Origin: Octopus sinensis
Lineage: Eukaryota
Assembly (NCBI RefSeq): GCF_006345805.1
Contig: NC_043008.1
Location: 51,460,001-51,524,000, forward strand
DNA length: 64,000 bases
Direction of reading: 5' to 3'
The position numbers and the translations under genes are program-made. Within the stretch, counting starts at the first letter, position 1; every line of letters begins with the position of its first letter. Shown here piece by piece: positions 54,414-64,000 of this stretch. The notes beneath the pieces are model-generated. The model was not told the origin of the DNA. It searched no databases and was given only the letters and a program-made list of their open reading frames with translations.

Positions 54414-54816
54414 CTCTTTTACTCTTTTACTTGTTTCAGTCATTTGACTGCGGCCATGCTGGAGCACCGCCTTTTTAATCGAGCAACTCGACCCTGGGAC
54501 TTATTCTTTTGTAAGCCCAGTACTTATTCTATCGGTCTCTTTTGCCGAACCGCTAAGTAACGGGGACATAAACACACCAGCATCGGTTGTCAAGCAATGC
54601 TAGGGGGACAAACACAGACACACAAACACACACACGCATATATATATACGACGGGCTTCTTTCAGTTTCCGTCTACCAAATCCACTCACAAGGCTTTGGT
54701 CGGCCCGAGGCTATAGTAGAAGACACTTGCCCATGGATGGTGCCACGCAGCGGGACTGAACCCGGAATCATATGGTTGGTAAACAAGCTACTTACCACAC
54801 ACCCACTCCTGCGCCT
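54414..54816 (-). mobile_element. SINE family 2, young near-consensus full-length copy
   Basis: Minus strand aggcgcaggagtgggtgtgtggtaagtagcttg..ccgggttcagtcccgctgcgtggcacc..internal (TA)(TG) tract..ccagcatggccgcagtcaaatgactgaaacaagtaaaagagtaaaagag. Confidence 0.92.
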
Positions 54817-55934
54817 ATATAAATAATAATAATAATGAAATTATTGTATACAGTGCTCAGGTATATACGTATATATAAATATATTATATATATACATTTA
54901 TATATATTCATATACGTATGTGTGTGTGTGTGTGTATTATATACATACGTACAAATGTATGCAATATGTTTGTTTTTAAGTTATGTTACATATAAAAACA
55001 GTTTAACATTAAACTAAAGGATTACTCAGTACTATCTCATTGTAGAGAATATATTCATCTTTTATCTTTTATTTGTTTCAGCCATTAACATTGTAGCCAT
55101 GCTGGAGCACCAGCCATTTTAGTGTGGCGATGATATTGCCATTTAACCCCAGGAAGACATCTCCTCCACAAGCTGGTTTATTTAGTGCGCTTCTCACTCC
55201 TGATAATTTATTGCAAGTGGGAGATAACTCCTGCTACTCTGGCTTCAAGATTACCAGTGTGTGTGTGTGTGTGTGTATTTACACACACACACACGCACAC
55301 ATTTATTAAGTTTCACAAGGAAAAAATGTTGACAGGGACTTCAAAGTTTGGACCGTTTGCTTTCCTAAGACTGATGAAGCTGAGCATGTTGAAACTTAGA
55401 AACCACTGTCAGTCCTTTCCATCTAAAAGTTAGTCAAAGTTCATTTAGTTCAATGGTACGGAGCACTCAGCTGGAATTTAAGAGGTACAGAGTTGAATTC
55501 TTCGTAATGGCTGCTGGTCACTCTTTTGGCACACCTTAATCAATAGAGATTAAGGTAAGAGATAAGTAATAAAGAAGTATACAGGTTTAAACCAAAGAGT
55601 ATTTTACATGATATATGTGGAATCAAGAGCATACATCTGATAAATTAATAACATATGAAGAATTAAGAACATATTTCATGTAAATAAACATGTTAAGTAA
55701 TATTAATAATAATATTAATAAGAAAGAGAGAAGGGTGACCCATAAATCCATAAATATAAATTAAATAGATAGATAGATAAATAGATAGATATAGATATAT
55801 ACATACACACATGTACATATATACATAAACACCTGGTAAAGGTTAGATAAAATGTGTTGACTATAAATTTTATTTGAATTCAATGCAGTTTATGGGAAAG
55901 GGATAAATAATTTAATATAAGATATACATGAAGA

Positions 55935-56160
55935 TTCCCTTTTTAGTGTCATATTTGGTCCCTTCAAAGGGACAAACTACAACATCAAATGGAAAATCAC
56001 TTCCAAAACCAGACCCTATATCAACAGGTCAAAAAGATGTTCAGTATGTTCTCCTTGAAAAACTGGAGGGTATCCTAAAGAACTCGATAGCCTCAAACGA
56101 CCACATAGATTCCAGGAACGAGATTCTATTTCCTTTGTTTGCATTTTGAAACATACATCT
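55935..56160 (+). mobile_element. Possible Penelope-like endonuclease C-terminal remnant
   Basis: Frame reading GTNYNIKWKITSKTRPYINRSKRCSVC resembles the I-x-W-x-I..Y..K-x-C-x-x-C motif of PLE endonuclease C-termini; disrupted by stops. Confidence 0.5.
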
Positions 56161-56558
56161 TGGTAGAATTTAAAAATAGACTCACAGACACATCGTAAAC
56201 GATTATCTTGTTTATATCTTTTTGACATTTATTTTAACGTTGGTTATCTCCCCTATATTTTTCCTTTGCACCTTCTTCCTTAGCAGCGTTCCTTGTTTAA
56301 ATGACATTTGCTTAAAAAGCAACTGGCAAACAGTCTTGTCCCCGGCTGGAAGAATGGTAAAATAAGGTAATGTTTAAGCTAGAGAACCCCTTGGATAACT
56401 ATATTTCTCAAGGCTTGTGATTTTCATTATAACATTACACACACACACATACATATCTTTTAAATTTCTTTACAGGAAACGTTTTTGAATATGCAAATAA
56501 AGCTCTCTTCCATTATGCTGGCCACAGTCTGATGATACTGACAGGTGAACCAGTTTTT

Positions 56559-57045
56559 TAATAAAAACAATAACCCCTGGACAGAATTTAATGCATCACT
56601 ACCCGCATTTCCACAAATCACACGTCTCTTAAGATCACAGTCCATATTCCTGGGATGATTACAGTCCATTGTATCCGTGGGCATCGGATTGATCATCTTC
56701 ATGGATTCATTTCTTCAGGTGATCTCACATTAATGGATGTTCAACAGAGGAATATTTATTCCTTTTGACCAGTGTGAAAGTTGACTGAGTTATGACATAA
56801 CAGACATAACCCAGGCAACATTCACACTGATAAACATCCTTCTGCTGAACATCCATTAATGTGAGATCACCTGAAGAAATGAATCCATGAAGATGATCAA
56901 CCCGATGCCCATGGATATTATGGATTGTACTGTAATCATCCCAGGAATATGGGCTGTGATCTTAAGAGACATGTAATCTGTGGAAACGCAGATAGAGATG
57001 CATTAAATGTTTATAAATTCCATCCAAGGATTATTGTTATTATTA
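56559..57045. repeat. Long inverted repeat, ~190-bp arms with ~85-bp spacer
   Basis: Perfect 55-bp reverse-complement match 56689-56743 vs 56846-56900; the ORF track shows the same peptide on both strands (NHPRNM.CDLKR.VICGNA..DALN). Confidence 0.95.
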
Positions 57046-57100
57046 TTATTATTATTAAATATGTATATATATATATTTACATGCCTGCTGTATTTATTAT

Positions 57101-57740
57101 TAACTAGCATTATGACCCGTCTTTGTCGGATCATAGTGCTAGTGCATGTATATATGTGTACATATTACATGTACATCTATATATATATATACATCTACAC
57201 ATAAAATACAAAATACAAAGTTATATCTTGATATCACTAGTGATAACAATACTGAAAATATATAACAGACTGGAATTGTAGGACTATTCCATTTCTGCAC
57301 GCTAATTTTATTTTTAATTTATTCCCATTCATGTGAAACCACTTATTCAAGTTCAAGTCATTGATGCAATTTTATACCAATTGCTATTTTTACTTTTGTT
57401 ATGTTATGATTATATTATACTTTAGTTTGATTTTAATTATTACTTACTACATATAATTCAATTGTTATTATTATTTTTATTGTTAAAGTGAAAGTATCTG
57501 GCATAAAATAGAGAAATGTTTTTGTTTCACTTTTAATACGTAATACTGAAATAGTGGAGAAGATATGATATTGCTATGGGCTCGCTCTAGGCAAGAAGTT
57601 GAACTTTTTTTGCCCATGAAACTACATGGACCCTAAGTAAGGCATGTGTAAAATTTGAATGAAATTAGTTGTGTAGTTCTCAAGTTTTAGGGAAACACGC
57701 AGACAGACAGACACACATTCTCAGTTTTATATATAGAGAG
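57101..57740 (+). mobile_element. Non-autonomous Helitron/Helentron-like element (Lep1/DINE-like architecture)
   Basis: 5' taactagc followed by hairpin atgacccg..cggatcat; 3' gtgtaaaatttgaatgaaattagttgtgtagtt..cagacagacagacacacattctcagttttatatataga. Confidence 0.55.
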
Positions 57741-58141
57741 ATTGAAAGGAGCGAAAGTAATGTAAACATTATCTGTTGCACGTATACATAGTGCATGTGT
57801 TTTGCTTAAATACCCATTTGCTGTGGAAAAGCTTCCAGGGGAAGTTTCATACACAATCCTGAGTATCAAAGAACACTGAGTATCACAGACCAGGTGAGGC
57901 AACATACCCCCAAAATGATCGAGAATAGTAGATACTGATAGTTCACCATTATTGTGGCTTATCAGTAGCATATACTCAGGTCACCTTGAAACAAAATGAA
58001 TCACTCGTCTGTGACATATATGCAAATAGAGTGAAGTTTATCTGCTGATGTGCTATGACATAGCACACATGAAAGAAGATTAAGTTACAAATGAATAGCG
58101 GCTCCTGTAATGTAAACAGTATCAGTCACACACACATAATG

Positions 58142-58365
58142 TATCATCATCATCGTTTAACGTCCGTTCTCCATGCTAGCATGGGTTGGACAGTTCGACC
58201 GGGGATCTGGGAAGCCAGAAGGCTGCACCAGGCTCCAGTCTGATCTGGCAGTGTTTCTACAGCTGGATGCCCTTCTTAACACCAACCACTCTGTGAGTGT
58301 AGTGGGTGCTTTTTACGTGCCAGGCGAGGCTGGCAACGGCCACGATCGGATTGGTGCATTTTGTG
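58142..58365 (-). mobile_element. Family 4 element, 3' portion
   Basis: tcatcatcatcgtttaacgtccgttctccatgctagcatggg..gtttctacagctggatgcccttc. Confidence 0.85.
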
Positions 58366-58377
58366 TTTTGTATAAAC

Positions 58378-58470
58378 CAGTGGTTCTTGACCAGAGTCTA
58401 AAAGGTTCCTGAGGGTCGCTATATGATTTTTGGAGGTTCACTCAACAAAATAGTAAATTGACAATCTACA
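58378..58470 (+). mobile_element. Left end of the hAT MITE family, truncated
   Basis: cagtggttcttgacc..caacaaaatagtaaattg resembles 4423-4510. Confidence 0.55.
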
Positions 58471-58529
58471 ATAGTATTTTAAGGGCCTCTGAAAAAATTT
58501 TTCTCTTTATGATGGTGTGCGTTTGGAGA

Positions 58530-59600
58530 ATTAGATTCATTCTGTGGTCCCTTTTCAGTAGAGGAATGTTCTGGACAGTAGTATCAAAGGCTTCATTGTT
58601 AAGGGGGTTGTGTGTGGAGATGTATGGTAAGGCTTTTGATTGTAAATCCTTCTTTAGTTTGGGATGTCTGAGTTTATGGATGTTGAGTTATAGGGCACGT
58701 TGAAAGCCTATATCAATTAGTGATAGGTGGGGTAGTTCCTGGTAATGAATGTATCCTTTAGTTCATGTGGTTGTGTGTCCCTGGTGCTTCTATTAGAAAC
58801 TATAGTACAAACCCTTTTTGCCAGATTGAAGCGGATATTCATTCTAGTGTGTCTAAGGTAGCATGAGTTGAATAGTTGATATTGCTTGGTTTCTGTGGGC
58901 TTTCAATATATATCTGTTTCTATTTTGTTGTTGGATTTCTTAATAAGGATGTTGAGGAATGGAAGTTGTTGCTGGCTATAATCACATCATGAATTGAATG
59001 TTTACGTCAAGTGCATTTATAAGTATTTGAAATTCTTTAAGTCTCTCTATACTTTCATGCCAAAGAATGAAACAGTCATCCAGGTATCTCTTCCAGTTAT
59101 TTTCTATGTTGAGGAAGAATGGGTTGCCATATTTCTCTAGGACCTTACGATAAAGACTGATTTCTGGATATCCCATGACTAGGTTAGCAAAGGAGGGGGG
59201 GGCATTCTTGTACCCATCGCAGTCCCCAATTTTTGTCATTAGAAGTTGTCTTTGAAGACAAAAAGTTATTCTCCAAAATGAATTTTAGCCCTTTTATTAT
59301 GAATTCTTTTTTGATGCGGTGTGGGAGTTCATTGGAGTAATTCTCTAGCCAGAATTGGATTGCCTCTATTCTTAAGCTGTGGGGGATATGAGATTAGAGG
59401 TTGACTACATCGAAGGATACTAGTAGGGTGCTTTTATTTATTGTTTCAGGGAGGTGACCGAGCATATCAAGGTCATCCCTTGTGTCGCTTTGATATGCTT
59501 GAAGAATGGTTTTAAAAGGGTTTCTAAAAAGTTACTTAGGCAGTGGGTTTCGCATGCGAGACCTGCTTTTATAGGTCTTAATGTGAGGTCATTAGAAGTA
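58530..59600 (-). mobile_element. Degraded Penelope-like reverse transcriptase
   Basis: Minus-strand RPIKAG, LLVSFDV, FILENNF, APPSFANLVMG, WKRYLDDCFILW, IETDIY.KPTETKQY motifs with stops and frameshifts. Confidence 0.9.
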
Positions 59601-59669
59601 GGTACTTTGATTATTGTGTCTGTGTTTATGTGTGTTATGTATGTATGTATGTATGTATGTATGTATATA

Positions 59670-59706
<37 letters not shown>

Positions 59707-60285
59707 ATGTATGTATGTCTGTATGTATGTATGTGTGTGTGTATGTATGTATATCTGTATGTATGTATGTATGTATGTATATGTATATGTATGTGTGTGT
59801 GTGTGTTTTCTTCTTTTGTTCATTGTTGTGTCTCCTTACTTAACTTACTGCTGCTTCCTGTCCCCTGTGTTTTAATATTTTTCAATAAAAAGGCTAAAAG
59901 ATGGGACAGAAAGCAACAATTAGTAGTGCATGTGCACCCTATAATACAATAACCTCATTAATTTTATTATGAAAATAAAAACAAGGATATTTTGTTTTGC
60001 TGTTTTTACAACTATGACATGATCTGAGGTGCGACCTGAGTCTTTCATTTCAGTTGTTAATTCTCTACCCTCTCTGCTGTTCAGTATTAAAAGTTCTAAT
60101 AAAGATAACATATGAACGTATTCTTTCCCCACATTCCTACTTGCTTGTCAGGCTACATGTACAGACATTATTTGGTATCAAATCCCCACTCCCAATTTTG
60201 ACCTAGTTATTCGTTGGATCGAAACACTTATGTTAACCCAGTTTACAACAAATAAAATTATCTATGTCCATTAAATGTGTGTTGA

Positions 60286-61260
60286 AGGCACATGGCTTAG
60301 TGGTTAGGGTTGTTGGCTGATGACCATCAGGTCATGAGTTTGATACCCCACCACACACTGTGTCCTTGAGCAAGGCACTGTATTTCATGTTGCTCCAGTC
60401 CACTCAGCTGGCGAAAATGAATAATACCCATTTCTTTACTACCCACAAGGGGACAAACAAGGACAGACAAAAGGATGAAGTCGATTACATCGACCCCAGT
60501 GCGTAACTGGTACTTAATTTATCAACCCCAAAAGGATGAAAGGCAAAGTCGACCTCAGCGCAATTTGAACTCAGAACGTAACAGCAGACGAAATACCAGT
60601 AAGCATTTCGCCCGGCGCGCTAACGTTTCTGCTAGCTCGCCGCCTTGCTAGCTCAATACCAGTAATTCAAAGGACCAGCCTTGTCACATTCTGTGCCATA
60701 CTGAATCTCCCTGTAAACTATGTTACACATATGCACACCTATGGAGTGCTCAGCAGTGGTGTATGGTGGTCGTTTTATTGGGTATGCTGCCACACCTAAT
60801 ACCTATTTATTTATTACCCACAAGGGGCCAAACAAGGACAGACATAGGCATTAAGTCGATTACATCGACCCCAGTGCATAACTGGTACTTAATTTATCGA
60901 CCCCGAAAGGATGAAAGGCAAAGTCGACCTCGGCGGAATTTGAACTCACAACGTAACGGCAGCCGAAATACCGCTAAGCATTTCGCCCGACGTGCTAACG
61001 ATTCTACCAGCTCTAATACCACCAAATTTCAAGCAGAGGGTATAACAAAAATTTTCCATTAAGATTTGTGATTAAATTAATGAGTAATATTAATATTTAT
61101 AATGAATTTGCTATTTTTGATGGGTGTGCAGCACACACTTTGCACACCCGGAATATACACTCTGGGTACTCAGCCACTTGCATGTTAATTTCATGTGTAC
61201 GCTGTCCTGTTGATTGGATCATCTAGAGCACCCATCATTATAACTGACAGACTGTCGGCT
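60286..61260 (+). mobile_element. Family 3 SINE split by two nested minus-strand family 1 SINEs
   Basis: Head and core at 60286-60424, insert 60425-60647, host resumes caataccagtaattcaaaggaccagcc at 60654, second insert ~60790-61012, host-like tail at ~61160-61260. Confidence 0.7.
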
Positions 61261-61294
61261 TCATGAATTTCTTTATGAATTCCTATGAAATAGG

Positions 61295-62135
61295 CTGAGG
61301 CATGGCTGTGTGGTAAGAAGCTTATTACCCAATCACATGGTACCAAGTGCAGTCCCACTACATGGCACTTTGGGCAAGTGTCTTAAGTTATAGCCTCGAG
61401 ATGATCAAAGCCTTGTGAGTGGATTTGGTAAATGGAAACTGAATGAAGCATGTTCACGTAAGAGAAACATCCAAACATGGCCATTGCCAGCGCTGCCCCG
61501 ACTGGCCTCCGTGCCGGTGGCACGTAAAAAGCACCATCCGATTGTGGCCTTTGCCAGCCTCATCTGGCCCCCATGCCGGTGGCACGTAAAAAGCACCATC
61601 CGATTGTGGCCTTTGCCAGCCTCATCTGGCCCCCATGCCGGTGGCACGTAAAAAGCACCCACTACACTCATGGAGTGGTTGGCGTTAGGAAGGGCATCAA
61701 GCTGTAGAAACACTGCCAGATCAGACTGGGCCTGGCGCAGCCTTCTGGCTTCCCAGACCCCAGTTGAGCCGTCCAATCCATGCTAGCATGGAAAATGGAC
61801 GTTAAACGATGATGATGATGATGTGTGTGTGTGTCTTTGTGTGTACATGTGTGGTGCATAAGTGTGTGTGTGTATGTTTGAGTTTGTGTGTGTGTGTGTG
61901 TGCGCGCACACATGTGTGTATCTTTCTGTCTGTGTTTGCCCTACCACCACTGCTTGACAACCAGTGCTGGTATGTTAACATCCCTATAACCTCGTGGTTC
62001 AGCAAAACTGACCAATAGAATGCATACAAGGCAAGAAAAAGAAAGGATTGGGGGTTGATTCATTCAACTAAAGATTCTTCAAGGAAGTGCCTCAGCCTGG
62101 CCATAGTCAAATGACTGAAACAAGTAAAATGCAAA
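61295..62135 (+). mobile_element. Family 2 SINE with a family 4 element nested in its middle
   Basis: Family 2 5' half at 61295-61450, family 4 at 61465-61822 ending ggacgttaaacgatgatgatg, family 2 3' half at ~61915-62135. Confidence 0.8.
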
Positions 62136-62281
62136 AAATAAAAGATAATAAAAGAAATATGATTATATTTTGTCACATAATCTTTAGGTCTTTCTCAGTT
62201 AATTCAAACACTTACATCTCTCTCCCTCTATCTCTCCGTCTGTCTGTCTGTTACTCTCACTTATTGACTCATGCTCCCTAA

Positions 62282-62452
62282 AGCACCTGCTACACTCATG
62301 GAGTGGTTGGCGTTAGGAAGGGCATCCAGCCGTAGAAACATTGCCAGATCAGACTGGGCCTGGTGCAGCCTTCTGGCTTCCCAGACCCCAGTCAAACAGT
62401 CCAACCCATGCCAGCATGGAAAGCGGACGCTATACGATGATGATGATGATAA
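62282..62452 (+). mobile_element. Family 4 element, 5'-truncated
   Basis: ggagtggttggcgttaggaagggcatccagccgtagaaac..catgccagcatggaaagcggacgctatacgatgatgatg. Confidence 0.85.
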
Positions 62453-63256
62453 TGATAATATGATAAAAAAATGGTTTACAAAGATCTGATCAAAGACTGA
62501 AAGAAAAGAAAGGACGAATTATGTGCAGGGATAATATCAAGAATTGGACAGACATTAAAATATAGTGGACGTATATAAAAAAGGAGCACACACGAAAGAT
62601 CAAAGATCAAGCTGGCAATATGTGATAGTCAGCCTACTGAGAACAGATGATAGATGATGACGATGGCAACAGCAGCAATGATGTTGGTGATGGTGATGAT
62701 GACGATGTAACATATGGTGTCTTCTAAAATACATACGCTTCTTCAGTAATTAATTCAACAAGCGGTACATCATAAAGCCCACTACTGCTACCTGGAAATA
62801 AAACCTACACCTGCTTGGTTTAGTGTAACATATGGTGAACTCTGAACTAGATAGGATGTTTGTTACATTATTGTGAATGTTACAAGGATGGCCAAGGTGA
62901 ATGGGCCTACTCAAAGCGTGTGCCTCTAGGTTGAAGAAGAAAAATGCAGAGAGGGTACATACCCTAATGGTCAGGGTGACCATGGTTTTGTGGGTTCTCC
63001 ACGAGCAGCAACAGTGAATAATTCCCCTCATTTGGGAAATCACTTATTGTAATAATTTTACTTTGTTACTGTTTTTTTTTTTACATGACTTTTTATGTAA
63101 CCTCACACTGTATTGTCCCGTAACATCCCCCAATGCCTTTAGTGAACCCTTAGGGGTACATAAAGAAAACGTTTTGTTGCTGTTGTTGTTGTTGGTGGTG
63201 GTGGTGGTGGTGGTGGTGGTAGTGGTGGTGGTGGTGGTGGTGGTGGTAGTAGCAGC

Positions 63257-63311
<55 letters not shown>

Positions 63312-63459
63312 AGATGGTGAGATGGCAGAATCGTTAACATGCCAGGCAGAAAGCTGAGCGCATTTCCCCTTGTCTTTATGTTCTGAGTTCAAATTCTACC
63401 AAGGTCTACTTAGCCTTTCATCCTTTCCAGGTCAATAAAATAAGCACCAGAGGTAAATG

Positions 63460-64000
63460 TACAGAACAAACTTCAGAACTTAGAATTTGCTCTGCTGGTT
63501 GATGAATCAACTGACATTAGCACCAAAGCAGAATTACTTGTATTCCTTCACTTTATTGATGGTAACCAAATTATGAATCAGTTCTTTTGTTGTGAAGAAA
63601 TGCCACTCACTACAAGAGGTCAAGATATTTTTGACATTTTATCTGCCTATCTTGAAAAATGTGATTTATCATGGAATTCATGTGTTGGAATATGTACCAA
63701 TGGGGCACCATCTATGCTAGGCTCTATTAAAAGTTTTGTATTGCTCATACAACAGCAAAATCCTAATGATATACATACTCATTGCTTCCTGCATAGGGAG
63801 GTATTAGTTTTAAAAGAAACACTAGTTGAGTTAAAGCAAGTATTAAATGGTTAATTATGTTAAAAGAAGGCCATTAAAAAGTCACTTATTTGAACAAATT
63901 TGTGTTATGAATTCCCAGCACAAGCACTTACTTTTACACACAAAAATCAGATGGTTCCCAGAAGGTAAGGTGCTACGTCACACGCATGAACTCCAGTAGG
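63460..64000 (+). mobile_element. hAT (Buster/Charlie-type) transposase pseudogene fragment, continuing beyond the window
   Basis: DESTDISTKAELLVF, QFFCCEEMPLTTRGQDIF, SWNSCVGICTNGAPSMLGS, THCFLHRE; catalytic DESTD and CxxH motifs present, with later stops and frameshifts. Confidence 0.92.

Noticed and set aside
55365-55415. CTGATGAAG...GAAAC hammerhead-like words
   Set aside because: No convincing stem I or stem III pairing around a cleavage triplet

Overview
AT-rich, extremely microsatellite-rich eukaryotic DNA. The SINE families and the TA/CA/TATG/TCTA/trinucleotide load suggest a coleoid cephalopod, most likely Octopus; this is inferred from recognising repeat families, not from a search. 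No intact host protein-coding gene is visible, so the window reads as a large intron or gene desert. Nearly all ORFs in the supplied track are microsatellite artefacts. The real coding remnants all come from transposons: a Tx1/L1-type LINE (8.4-9.2 kb), two R4/Dong-clade LINEs with restriction-like endonuclease (14.7-15.5 and 19.9-21.0 kb), a mariner HTH (31.7-32.0 kb), an RTE 3' end (51.1-51.4 kb), Penelope-like RT and endonuclease pieces (58.5-59.6 and 55.9-56.2 kb) and a hAT/Buster transposase running off the right edge. At least four SINE-like families are present, including multimers, nested copies and fold-backs, along with several MITEs. There is one 100-N assembly gap. The most notable observations are: (1) a minimal hammerhead-ribozyme-like motif with a non-canonical core (CUGUNGA) in three copies of a Penelope-LTR-like repeat; (2) several long inverted repeats, up to about 490 bp with a perfect 55-bp stem, that could form dsRNA; (3) a Dong-like LINE plus an unclassified 550-bp element stacked in a (TAA)n microsatellite; (4) SINE tandem multimers; and (5) several repeat-free TAAT-rich blocks that look like cis-regulatory elements.
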